Assembly: GCA_009392915.1 (NCBI GenBank)
Contig: CP045477.1
Coordinates: 96,001-160,000, forward strand
Origin: Candidatus Forterrea multitransposorum CG_2015-17_Forterrea_25_41
GTDB lineage: Archaea; Iainarchaeota; Iainarchaeia; Iainarchaeales; CSSED10-239
Length of the DNA: 64,000 nt
Reading direction: 5' to 3'
The notes under the pieces were generated by a model. The model did not search any database and had not been told where the DNA came from. It saw only the letters and a list, made by a program, of their open reading frames with translations. The position numbers and the translations under genes are program-made. Each line of letters opens with the position of its first letter. Position 1 is the first letter of the stretch. Below are positions 27,803-36,791 of this stretch, in pieces.

Positions 27803-27874
27803 AGCTCGGAGGAGATTCGAACTCCTGTCGTAAGATCCAGGGTCTTACATGCTTGGCCTCTACACTACCGAGCT
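27803..27874 (-). tRNA. tRNA-Gln (anticodon CUG) with unusual C at position 33
   Basis: Manual cloverleaf on the reverse complement. Acceptor AGCTCGG/CCGAGCT, D stem GTGT/GCAT, anticodon stem TAAGA/TCTTA with loop CCCTGGA, T arm AGGAG-TTCGAAT-CTCCT. No encoded CCA. TATA-like box about 25 nt upstream. Confidence 0.8.
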
Positions 27875-27957
27875 TTTTTTGTTTTTAAATCTTTCTTTAT
27901 ATATAATATATTTATCATATAAAAATCTATTTAAAACAATTGTATTAATATATAATT

Positions 27958-29172
27958 ATGGATATTTTAAAAATTAGAGAAGATTTTAAAGTTTTAAAAG
28001 AAAATAAAATAATATATTTTGATAATGCAGCATCTTCTTTAAAACCAAAACAAGTTTTAGAAGGAATTAGTGAGTATTATTTAGACTTTCCTGTAAACAT
28101 TCATAGAGGTATACACAAATTATCAATGAGAGCATCTATAATCTATCAAGAAACAAGAGAAAAGCTTGCAAAGTTTATAGGATCTAAAGAAAATGAAGTT
28201 GTTTTTACAAACAATAGTACAGATGCAATCAATTTAGTGATGTATTCTCTTTATAATTCTGAATATTTAAAAAAAGATGATGAAATAATTCTTTCAATTC
28301 TAGAACATCATGCAAATTTAGTTCCTTGGCTTTTTTTATCTAAAAAAATAGGTGTTAAACTTAAGTTTGTTGAAATAAAAGATGATTTTACACTTGATAT
28401 GGAAGATTTTAAAAATAAACTTTCTTCTAAAACAAAGTTAGTTGCAATTACACATATTTCAAATACTACAGGAACTATTGTTCCAATTAAAGAAATTATT
28501 TCTTTATCTAAGAAATATGATTGTTTAACATTAATTGATGCTTCTCAATCAGCACCACATTTTAAAATAAACTTTAAAGAACTTGATTGTGATTTTCTTG
28601 TATTTACAGCTCATAAAATGTTAGGTCCTACAGGTTTAGGATTTTTAATTTCAAAAGAAAATAATTTAGAAAAGTTTATGCCATTTAAGTTTGGTGGGGA
28701 CATGATTAAAAATGTTTCAACAACTGATTTTAGTACTAATAGTGTTCCTTTTAAATTTGAAGCAGGAACTCCAAATATATCAGCAGTTTTTGGTTTTTCA
28801 AAAGCTATTGATTATTTATCTGATATTGGACTTGAAAATATTGAAAAACAAGATAAACTTTTATTAGAGTATGGTATTGAAAAATTAAAAGCTATTAAAA
28901 ATTTAGAATTTTTTAATCCTTTAGATAAAAATTTACAAAGTCCTATCTTTTTATTTAGACTTAAAGGTATTGATTGTAATGATCTTTCTGCAATTTTAGA
29001 TGATATGTCAAATATTGCAACTAGAGCGGGAGTTCATTGTGCAGAACCAATTGTTACAAGATTTGATAAAAATGGACTTTCAAGAGCTTCTCTTTATTTT
29101 TATAATACTTTTGAAGAAATTGATAAGTTTGTAGAGTCAATAAAGACAGTTGATGGTAAAATAAATGGATAG
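27958..29172 (+). CDS. cysteine desulfurase (class V aminotransferase, SufS/CsdA-like)
   Basis: ..FDNAASS.., ..ITHISNTTG.., PLP-lysine context FTAHKMLGPTGLGFL, and C-terminal ..RAGVHCAEP with the active-site Cys. Confidence 0.85.
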   Translation: MDILKIREDFKVLKENKIIYFDNAASSLKPKQVLEGISEYYLDFPVNIHRGIHKLSMRASIIYQETREKLAKFIGSKENEVVFTNNSTDAINLVMYSLYNSEYLKKDDEIILSILEHHANLVPWLFLSKKIGVKLKFVEIKDDFTLDMEDFKNKLSSKTKLVAITHISNTTGTIVPIKEIISLSKKYDCLTLIDASQSAPHFKINFKELDCDFLVFTAHKMLGPTGLGFLISKENNLEKFMPFKFGGDMIKNVSTTDFSTNSVPFKFEAGTPNISAVFGFSKAIDYLSDIGLENIEKQDKLLLEYGIEKLKAIKNLEFFNPLDKNLQSPIFLFRLKGIDCNDLSAILDDMSNIATRAGVHCAEPIVTRFDKNGLSRASLYFYNTFEEIDKFVESIKTVDGKING

Positions 29173-29271
29173 TTTTGTTTTTTGTATAATAATTAATATT
29201 TTAAATACTTTCTATTCATAATATTAATATAAAATGTACATATACAATTCCGATATAAAAGGGGGAAAAAT

Positions 29272-29562
29272 ATGACTAGCGAAAATGGATCTGTTGAAAC
29301 AAATATAATATATATTGGTAAAAAAGTAACAATGTCTTATGTTTTAGCAGTAATAACTCAATTTAACCAAGGTGCAGAAAGTGTTGTTATTAAAGCAAGA
29401 GGTAAAACAATATCAAAAGCAGTTGATGTTTCTGAGATTGTGAAAAATAAATTTGTAAATACTTTAAGAGTTGAAAAAATAAATATTTCTACAGAAGAGA
29501 TAACAACTGAAAACAATACCCCTATGAAAGTTTCTGCAATTGAAATTATACTTGCAAAGTAA
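29272..29562 (+). CDS. albA: DNA/RNA-binding protein Alba
   Basis: NIIYIGKK..MSYVLAVITQFNQGAESVVIKARGKTISKAVDVSEIVKNKF matches the Alba (PF01918) core. Confidence 0.85.
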   Translation: MTSENGSVETNIIYIGKKVTMSYVLAVITQFNQGAESVVIKARGKTISKAVDVSEIVKNKFVNTLRVEKINISTEEITTENNTPMKVSAIEIILAK

Positions 29563-29566
29563 ATTT

Positions 29567-31015
29567 CTAATTAACTATTAGTTTTGGTATTGGTAAGTTT
29601 AATTGAGGAAAATAATTATTTATTTTCTCAATAATTTTTTTTTCTTTTACAATTACTTTTTCTTTGTCTATTAAATATTTATTTTCATTTACATCTATTT
29701 TCTTAATGGTTTCAAGCTTCAAATATTTTATTGATTGAGCAAGTAAAGAATCATAAAACTTAGTATTTTTATGTTCTATAAACTTAGGTATCTCTTCAAT
29801 AAGGTCATTTATAAGTTTGTATTCTGTTAGATATTGTATAAACATAGGATTTTGTTCTAAATTGTTCTTGAAAGAATAATTATAGTTAAAAGAATTACTT
29901 AAATTTATAGAAGTTTCTAAATATTTTAATCTCTTTAAATATTCTTTTATTTTAATAGATAAGAAAGATTCTTTCTTTAAACAATACCATTTGATTTCAT
30001 CTAAGTTATCAATTATTTCAATTTCTTCTTCTGAAACTAAATTTACTGCATCTATTAAAGGAATACTTGCAAAATCTCCTTTGTAAAAAGGTCCTGTTGG
30101 CATTTCTTTTAAACCATTATTTTTTTTGAAATTAATTCTATTTTCTTTATTTATATTCTCTTGATGGAATTGTTCATATGCCCATTTTTGATCTTTTGAA
30201 ATAAAATAGAATCCTTGTTTTTTAAATCTTACTTTAACAATTGAATTTGATAAAACATTTATATCTAAATAGTTTTTTGGTTTACAACAATCACAATTTA
30301 AAGTATCATGCCCTATATTGTAAAAATCTTTTGTTAAAAGATATGGCCAGATATTTGAAAAATCCATTTTAATTCCTTGTCTTATGTTTTTTTCTTTTTC
30401 TAAGTATTCTATACTAATTTTATTGTTTAGCATCATTTTATTTTCAAAATATAAGTTTTCAAAGAAATTATTTAAAATTTCTTGATTATTAATATTTTTA
30501 ATTTTTATTTTTAATATGTTACTTAAAAGTAGTTTTTTAGTTAAGTTTTCAATTAACTTTAATTGCTCTTCTTTTAAGAAAGGATTTATATATTTTTTAA
30601 CAATTGAACTTATATTGTTATTTTCTATTTTTTTAATTCTTGTTTTTGAAACAATTATAAATAAATCATAATAACTCCATTCTTTCTCAATTAAATACTC
30701 TCTTTCAATATCTAAGATTAATATGTTTTTAGAAGTAGATATAGATAATATTTTATAAATCTTATTTAATGTTTCTTTATTTTTTGCAATTACTTTAATT
30801 TTATTTTTTTCAATTTTTTCTATATTTACTTCTCTTTTAAAATCAGATAATAGCTTTTGTACTACTTCTTTTGGAAGGTCAATATAAAAATAAGGGTTAA
30901 ATTTTTCCTTATAAACAAAATCATACTTATTGCTATAAGGATCTTTTGAAAAATAGCTTATAATTCTTTGTTTTTCTTCTTCATACACGCATTCTGTTAA
31001 ATATAGTTGTTCCAT
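29567..31015 (-). CDS. family-B DNA polymerase-like protein, truncated and probably catalytically inactive
   Basis: By-eye collinearity with remembered archaeal PolB. FNPYFYIDL (cf. F[RK]PY[IF]YAL), LDIEREYLIEKEW, MDFSNIWPYLL..HDTLNC (cf. motif A DFxSLYPSII..SPDTL), INLSNSFNYNYSF (cf. motif B KxLANSFYGYYGY). No DTD motif C (only FYDSLL). 482 aa versus about 775 aa, with the exonuclease region largely missing. Confidence 0.4.
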   Translation of the reverse strand: MEQLYLTECVYEEEKQRIISYFSKDPYSNKYDFVYKEKFNPYFYIDLPKEVVQKLLSDFKREVNIEKIEKNKIKVIAKNKETLNKIYKILSISTSKNILILDIEREYLIEKEWSYYDLFIIVSKTRIKKIENNNISSIVKKYINPFLKEEQLKLIENLTKKLLLSNILKIKIKNINNQEILNNFFENLYFENKMMLNNKISIEYLEKEKNIRQGIKMDFSNIWPYLLTKDFYNIGHDTLNCDCCKPKNYLDINVLSNSIVKVRFKKQGFYFISKDQKWAYEQFHQENINKENRINFKKNNGLKEMPTGPFYKGDFASIPLIDAVNLVSEEEIEIIDNLDEIKWYCLKKESFLSIKIKEYLKRLKYLETSINLSNSFNYNYSFKNNLEQNPMFIQYLTEYKLINDLIEEIPKFIEHKNTKFYDSLLAQSIKYLKLETIKKIDVNENKYLIDKEKVIVKEKKIIEKINNYFPQLNLPIPKLIVN

Positions 31016-31196
31016 AATCTATTCACTTAATTTTCACAAATATTATAAATAATCTAAAAAGTTGGCAGTTCTTTTTAGGTTATCTTTAAAGGCAATATAT
31101 AATTAGATTGTATAAAATATATCTCTTTTCAAGGGGGGTACTTGGCCGAGAAAGATAATCTTTTAGTTTAAAAATAGTTCTCTCCATTATTTCTAT

Positions 31197-32831
31197 ATGG
31201 CAATTAAAAAAAATATTTTAACTTTAGAGCTCAAATTATTAATATTTTCTCTAATTTCTTTATTTGTCCTTAAAATATTTTATATTAAACAATTAGATAT
31301 AATCTTAATTACAACTTTTTTTGATATTTTAATTTTTACATTTATTTTTTCAATTTTTATTTTATTTAAAAATATTTTTTCAAAAGTTTTATTTCATATT
31401 ATTTATGTTTTAAATTTTATTCTTTTTTCTTTTTTCTACATTTTCTATTATGATGTATCTCAAAGAGGGCTTTTCATTTCTAAAATAAAATTAGATGCAA
31501 TTACTTTTGTTTTAAAAAATATTATTTCTTTTAAATTAATATTAATTGTATTTCTTGCTTTATTTTTTATCTATTTTTTATCTTTTTTTATTTTAAAATA
31601 TAAAAAGTTTTTATTAAATTCATTTACTTTAAAATTAGTTTCTGTGATTTCTCTTTTAATATTTTTATTTCTAGTATTATTATTTAATCTAAATTATAAT
31701 CCTTATGCTGATGTTGTTTTAAATTTTAAAAATAGTTTTAGTTATATTCCTTTAGAAGATAATTCTAAAGATTTATCTATTTTTCCAGTAAACAATACAT
31801 TATATCCTGAAAATGAATTAGATATTAAATATAAAAAAATAATTCTGCTTATTGGTGAAGAATGGATGTTTTCTAGCTTTTTGAAAGATAGTAATTCTTT
31901 AGATAATAGTTTTTTTAAAAAAACTGAAAATAATACTCATTTTTATTCAAATTATTACACCACAAATCAAGATAGTAGAACTGCTATTTACACTTTACTT
32001 ACAAGTCAATTTATTCCTTTTGAAGCATATTTAGATTCTACTTATTCAATATATCTTGAAAAGATTAAAACAGTTCCAAGTCTTGTAGATTATTTTAATG
32101 ATAATAATTATTCTTCTTTCTTTGTAGTTTCTTCAATTGAACAACCAGATATTGCAACTCCTTTTAATTGGACTGAAATTGTAACTTTAAAAGAAGATGT
32201 TTATAATAGTAATAATTATTATTGTTCTTCACTTTTTACATATGAAACTTCTTGTGAAGATCTTTCTATTTTAGATGATGTGAAAAAAAAATTAATTTCT
32301 GATGAAAATATATTTTTAGTTCAAGAGTTTATTTATGGTCATAGCTACAAACATATTATAGATACTAAAAAATCAAGAACTCAATATTATAATAATTATT
32401 TTAATTCATTATATGATTTTTTAGAAAAAGAATCCTTGTTAAAAGATACTTTAATAATCATTACTTCAGATCATGGTTCTAGAGCTTACAATGAAATGGT
32501 TTCTCCTGAAGGATATCATATTCCTTTTTTAGTAATTTCAAACAATTTAGATTATAAAGATGATGATTCTCTTTTATCTCATTTAAATTTTAAAGATATT
32601 CTTTATAAATATATCTTAGGTATAGATTATATACCAAACAATAAATCTATAATGTTTACTGGTGGAACAAACAGTGATCTTTTAGGTTTTATTACAAATA
32701 AAAATGATTTTGGAATAATTAATTCTTCTAAATCATTATTAATAAATTATAATAAAGAAGATTTATCTATTAAAGAGAAATCTCAAAATCATTATAGTTA
32801 TTATAATTTTTTAAAAAATAATTTTAAATAA
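31197..32831 (+). CDS. membrane-bound sulfatase-superfamily protein, LtaS/phosphoglycerol-transferase-like
   Basis: About five N-terminal TM helices followed by an extracytoplasmic domain. That domain has IILLIGEEWMFSSF, TNQDSRTAIYTLLTS and IIITSDHGS, which resemble alkaline-phosphatase/sulfatase fold motifs as in LtaS/OpgB/EptA. Confidence 0.55.
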   Translation: MAIKKNILTLELKLLIFSLISLFVLKIFYIKQLDIILITTFFDILIFTFIFSIFILFKNIFSKVLFHIIYVLNFILFSFFYIFYYDVSQRGLFISKIKLDAITFVLKNIISFKLILIVFLALFFIYFLSFFILKYKKFLLNSFTLKLVSVISLLIFLFLVLLFNLNYNPYADVVLNFKNSFSYIPLEDNSKDLSIFPVNNTLYPENELDIKYKKIILLIGEEWMFSSFLKDSNSLDNSFFKKTENNTHFYSNYYTTNQDSRTAIYTLLTSQFIPFEAYLDSTYSIYLEKIKTVPSLVDYFNDNNYSSFFVVSSIEQPDIATPFNWTEIVTLKEDVYNSNNYYCSSLFTYETSCEDLSILDDVKKKLISDENIFLVQEFIYGHSYKHIIDTKKSRTQYYNNYFNSLYDFLEKESLLKDTLIIITSDHGSRAYNEMVSPEGYHIPFLVISNNLDYKDDDSLLSHLNFKDILYKYILGIDYIPNNKSIMFTGGTNSDLLGFITNKNDFGIINSSKSLLINYNKEDLSIKEKSQNHYSYYNFLKNNFK

Positions 32832-32838
32832 ATTTATC

Positions 32839-34143
32839 ATGGCCTTTAAATTATCAAAAAGAATGTTTTTTTTTATAATCTTTCTATTTATCTTTATTTT
32901 TTATTATATTTCTATTAAAGGAAGTTTTGTAGTTTTTTTAATAATGTCTTTTATTTTTTTATATTTAATAGTTTTAATAATTATTTTATATGTTCTTTAT
33001 CCAAATATTGCAAAAGAGAGGGCTTTTCCTAAAAAAGCACCAACTGTTGCAGTAGTAACTTATGCTTTTAATAATTTTCAACCTGTAAAAAGAACTATTG
33101 AAGCTTTATTAAAATTAGAGTATCCTATCCCTTTTAAGGTTTATGTAATAACTGACGGAACTTGTATTTTTTTAAAAAACTTAAAAGGTGTAAAACAAAT
33201 TGTAATTGATAAAAAATATTTTAAAAAATCAAAAAATACTAAATCTATTGTGATGAATGAAGGTTTAAAATATATTAAAGATGAAAATATTTTTTGTGTT
33301 GATGGAGATACTATAGTTGATAGTAAGGCTTTAAAAAGAATGACTGGTTTTTTAGATGAAAAACAAGTAGTTGCTGTAAATGGAATTTTAGTTCCTGAAA
33401 ATAGAAGTAGTTTTTGGGAAAAAGTTCAAGTTATAGAATATAGTCTTAATTGGGGTATTTATCAAAGAATTTTATCTGCAATGGATTCTATTAATATTCC
33501 TATTGGTGCAATGTTTCTAATGAAAAAGAAAGTATTTGATCAATTAGGAGGCTATTCTACAAACAATTTTGTTGAAGATAAAGAATTAGGTTATAGAATT
33601 ATTAAAGCTGGTTATAAGATAAGATGTTGTGAAGTTGCATATGGTTTTACAGAAACTCCTAAAACATTAAATGGCTGGTATAAACAAAGGAAAAGATGGT
33701 CTAGAGGAGAGCTTGCAACTATATATGAGCATAGAGATGTTTTATTTAATTTTAAATATAGTGTATTTGGAATGTTTGTTTTACCTTTTACTTTTTTTGT
33801 TCAAACTGTAGGTGTTGCTTTTATTTTTACATATATTTTTATTTATTTAAGAAGATTTATTATTTTTATTTATTTTTTAATTTCTGAATTTTTAAAAAAC
33901 TCTATTTTATTATATCCTAATTTTAGTAGTATTGTGCTTCCATCTACAATTTATGTTATTTTCTTATCTTTAATAATTTTCTTGATATATGCTTTATTTG
34001 CATTTAAAATAACAAAATTTAACTTAAATTACAAATATATTCTTCCTTTTGCATTTTTTATATTTATATATACCTATTTATTAATTTCTGTATATTTAAT
34101 ATCTATAATACAAGAGTTTTTAGGTTTTGAAAACAAATGGTAG
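32839..34143 (+). CDS. processive family-2 glycosyltransferase (QxxRW synthase type)
   Basis: N-terminal TMs, GT2 core (VAVVTYAFNN.., DGDT, VEDKELGYR), QRKRWSRGE (QxxRW) motif and C-terminal TM bundle. Architecture of PgaC/IcaA/NodC/cellulose-synthase-like enzymes. Confidence 0.8.
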   Translation: MAFKLSKRMFFFIIFLFIFIFYYISIKGSFVVFLIMSFIFLYLIVLIIILYVLYPNIAKERAFPKKAPTVAVVTYAFNNFQPVKRTIEALLKLEYPIPFKVYVITDGTCIFLKNLKGVKQIVIDKKYFKKSKNTKSIVMNEGLKYIKDENIFCVDGDTIVDSKALKRMTGFLDEKQVVAVNGILVPENRSSFWEKVQVIEYSLNWGIYQRILSAMDSINIPIGAMFLMKKKVFDQLGGYSTNNFVEDKELGYRIIKAGYKIRCCEVAYGFTETPKTLNGWYKQRKRWSRGELATIYEHRDVLFNFKYSVFGMFVLPFTFFVQTVGVAFIFTYIFIYLRRFIIFIYFLISEFLKNSILLYPNFSSIVLPSTIYVIFLSLIIFLIYALFAFKITKFNLNYKYILPFAFFIFIYTYLLISVYLISIIQEFLGFENKW

Positions 34144-34153
34144 TTGAAATGAT

Positions 34154-34852
34154 ATGAATAAAAAAGATAAAAAATTTATTAAAAATAAAACTTTTAACAA
34201 TAATGTATTATTATTTGCATTCTTAATAATTGTGGTGTTATTTATTATTGTCTTTTCTGCAATTAATTTTTATGATAGTCATAAAAGAAAAGTAATTGAA
34301 GACGATTATAATATTTTACAACAACAGATTATTTTAAATGATCTTTATAAAAAATATTTAGATGAAACTAATTCTGAAAAATGTACTGTTTTAAAAAATC
34401 AATTAGATTCTTATCTTAATATTAATAGTGAACTTTACTTAAGACTTAAAAAAATAAATAGAAATGCAATTGTTGAATCAGATGATAGAACTAAACTTTT
34501 ATTTGTTTTAACAAATATTAATCTTTGGCTTCATTATAACTCTATTGAAAAAGAGTGTGGATATAATAAAGAAAGAGCAATTTTATATTTTTATCCTGAG
34601 TTTCAAGATTTTAGTGTCGAAAAAGCAGAATCTGATGCTAGAACTTTATTTTTTGCAGAAAAATTAGAAAGATTAACTAAAGAGTGTAATTTAAATTCAA
34701 TTGCTCTTCCTTATGTTGATTATATTCCTATTTTAAATCAAATAATTTCTGATTATAATATTAATTCATCTCCATCAGTATATATTAATGGAAAAGTATA
34801 TTATGATGTAAATTTAGATGAATCTTTCTTAAAAGAGATTGGATGTAGATAA
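34154..34852 (+). CDS. N-terminally anchored extracytoplasmic protein, unknown function
   Basis: Single N-terminal TM (VLLFAFLIIVVLFIIVFSAINF). C-terminal ..SSPSVYINGKVYY resembles the end of DsbA-like folds, but no CxxC is present. Confidence 0.35.
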   Translation: MNKKDKKFIKNKTFNNNVLLFAFLIIVVLFIIVFSAINFYDSHKRKVIEDDYNILQQQIILNDLYKKYLDETNSEKCTVLKNQLDSYLNINSELYLRLKKINRNAIVESDDRTKLLFVLTNINLWLHYNSIEKECGYNKERAILYFYPEFQDFSVEKAESDARTLFFAEKLERLTKECNLNSIALPYVDYIPILNQIISDYNINSSPSVYINGKVYYDVNLDESFLKEIGCR

Positions 34853-34864
34853 AAGGGATAACTT

Positions 34865-35605
34865 TTGGCTTTACAGCAAACACATGTTATTTTTTTAAAA
34901 GAAATTATAGAGCTACATCCTAATCTTTTAAAAAACTATAATAAAAAATCGCTTTATTATGGAGCTGTTTATCCAGATATTTTTTATATTAGGCTACTTA
35001 AAACTAGACCTAATTTTTCACTTTATCTTCATGAAAATAAAAATATTATAAAAATAGGTGAAGAACTTTATAATAATTCATCTAATATTTCTGAAAGATC
35101 TTTTTCAATTGGTTTTTTATCTCATTTTTTTCTAGATAAAAGAATACATGGTTATTTAGAGAAAATTGGATTTATAGATGGCCCTGAACATTTATCTCTT
35201 GAGTTTTATTTATATATGTTTTTAGATAAAAAAACAAAAGTTAGTGTTTCTAAAAATCCAAACAAATTATTAAAAAAAATATTTAAATTTTATTTTAATA
35301 AACAAAATTATTTTTTTATTCCAAACATATTAATTAAAAGATTATTTTTGTTTGTTTGTAATTATATAATTAAAGAGACTATTGATATTAAGTATAAAAA
35401 AATAAAAAAAGGTAATTTTTTTAAAAATAATTTACTTAAAATCTCTTATTATTTTGCTTTTAATTCTTATGGTTACAGTGTATCTAAATTATTTAATCCA
35501 GATTTTAAATTTTTAGAAAAACATTTGCCTTTTCTTTTAAAAGAATATAATCTGGCAAAAAAAGATTTTATTGATTTTTTAAATAATGGTAATTTTTATG
35601 GTTAA
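34865..35605 (+). CDS. zinc-dependent phospholipase C-like family protein (tentative)
   Basis: ..THVIFL.. near the N-terminus, YYGAVYPDIFY and GFLSHFFLDKRIHGYL resemble the H / G.xxPD / HxxxDxxxH pattern of PF00882-like proteins. TTG start. Confidence 0.4.
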   Translation: MALQQTHVIFLKEIIELHPNLLKNYNKKSLYYGAVYPDIFYIRLLKTRPNFSLYLHENKNIIKIGEELYNNSSNISERSFSIGFLSHFFLDKRIHGYLEKIGFIDGPEHLSLEFYLYMFLDKKTKVSVSKNPNKLLKKIFKFYFNKQNYFFIPNILIKRLFLFVCNYIIKETIDIKYKKIKKGNFFKNNLLKISYYFAFNSYGYSVSKLFNPDFKFLEKHLPFLLKEYNLAKKDFIDFLNNGNFYG

Positions 35606-36077
35606 AATATTATTTGTTTGTAGTGGGAATGTTTTTAGAAGTATGTGTGCTAAATATTGTTTAGAATATTTTTTAGCTAAAAATAATATTAAAAATATTT
35701 CTGTAGATTCTGCAGGTATTTCTGTAACTTCTAAAAAACCACAAAATATTGCTTTAGAAGTTAAAGAGTTACTTTTTAAAAAAGGAATAGATGTTTCAAA
35801 GCATTTATCTAAGAATGTTTCAAAAGTTGATTTAAAATCTTTTGATTTAGTAATCTCTATGGGTTATAATCATAAAAAATATTTAAAAGAAAAATATGGT
35901 ATTTCTTCTGTTTTATTTAATAAAGTGTGTTACGGTGTTAATTATCCTGTTTATGATAATAATGAAATTTTAAAAGAATATAAAGGTTTTAGAGGTAAGA
36001 TTTATAATATAGAAGTTGTTAAAAAAATTTATTCAGATATTAAATTTTTTCACAAAAATTATAAAAAATTCATTTAA
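35598..36077 (+). CDS. low-molecular-weight protein-tyrosine phosphatase / ArsC-like
   Basis: P-loop MVKILFVCSGNVFRS (CX5R[ST]). ATG 35598 overlaps the upstream stop (ATGGTTAA); track start is 35586. Confidence 0.8.
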   Translation: MVKILFVCSGNVFRSMCAKYCLEYFLAKNNIKNISVDSAGISVTSKKPQNIALEVKELLFKKGIDVSKHLSKNVSKVDLKSFDLVISMGYNHKKYLKEKYGISSVLFNKVCYGVNYPVYDNNEILKEYKGFRGKIYNIEVVKKIYSDIKFFHKNYKKFI

Positions 36078-36705
36078 TTTTTTTTAAACAAATTTTGTTT
36101 ATTGGGCATTTTTCACAATTAGGATTTCTTGGAAAACAAATGTTTTGTCCTAAGATAACAAATAAATAGTTTGTATCTATCCAAAATTTTTTAGGAAGTT
36201 TATTTCTTAAAACCATTTCTGTTTCTAAAGGGTTTTTTGTTTCAATATAGCCTATTCTATTAAATATTCTGTGTACATGTGTATCTACACAAATAGCTGG
36301 TATTTTATATGATACTGCAATTACTAGATTTGCAGTTTTTCTTCCTACACCTGGAAGAGTAATTAATTCTTCTATGGTTCTTGGTACTTTATTATTAAAA
36401 TCTTCTTTTAATTTTTTTGCAAGTAACTTTAAGTTTTTAGCTTTAGTTTTATAAAATCCAACAGGATATAATAATTGTTCTAATTTTTCAATTTTAATTT
36501 TTATTAAGTCATCTGTATTCTTTATTTCTTTAAATAAATTATCACAAACTTTTGCAGTAATTTGATCTTTTGTTCTTGCTGAAAGCATTGTTCCAATTAA
36601 TACATAAAAAGAATTTTTACTTTTAATATCTATTTGTTCTGCAAGAGGAATTGTGTACTCTTTTAACTCTTTTTCAAGAATTTTATATATTTTTTCAATA
36701 TCCAT
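36070..36705 (-). CDS. nth: endonuclease III (DNA glycosylase/AP lyase)
   Basis: HhH-GPD LPGVGRKTANLV, catalytic-Lys region, VDTHVHRI, and C-terminal 4Fe-4S cluster CFPRNPNCEKCPINKIC. Confidence 0.9.
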   Translation of the reverse strand: MDIEKIYKILEKELKEYTIPLAEQIDIKSKNSFYVLIGTMLSARTKDQITAKVCDNLFKEIKNTDDLIKIKIEKLEQLLYPVGFYKTKAKNLKLLAKKLKEDFNNKVPRTIEELITLPGVGRKTANLVIAVSYKIPAICVDTHVHRIFNRIGYIETKNPLETEMVLRNKLPKKFWIDTNYLFVILGQNICFPRNPNCEKCPINKICLKKIK

Positions 36706-36791
36706 ATTAATTATTTTTGTTAAGAAAACATTTAAAAAGACATCTATAATATATATTAATATTTTAAATATATTTTAAAGAGATTATTAAT

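Noticed and set aside
31133-31150. GGGGGGTACTTGGCCGAG, resembling the 5' acceptor/D-arm (TGGCCGAG) of class II tRNAs; considered as a split-tRNA 5' half as in Nanoarchaeum
   Set aside because: No GGC to close the D stem, no anticodon stem and no T arm nearby. No complementary GC-rich splint sequence occurs elsewhere in the window.
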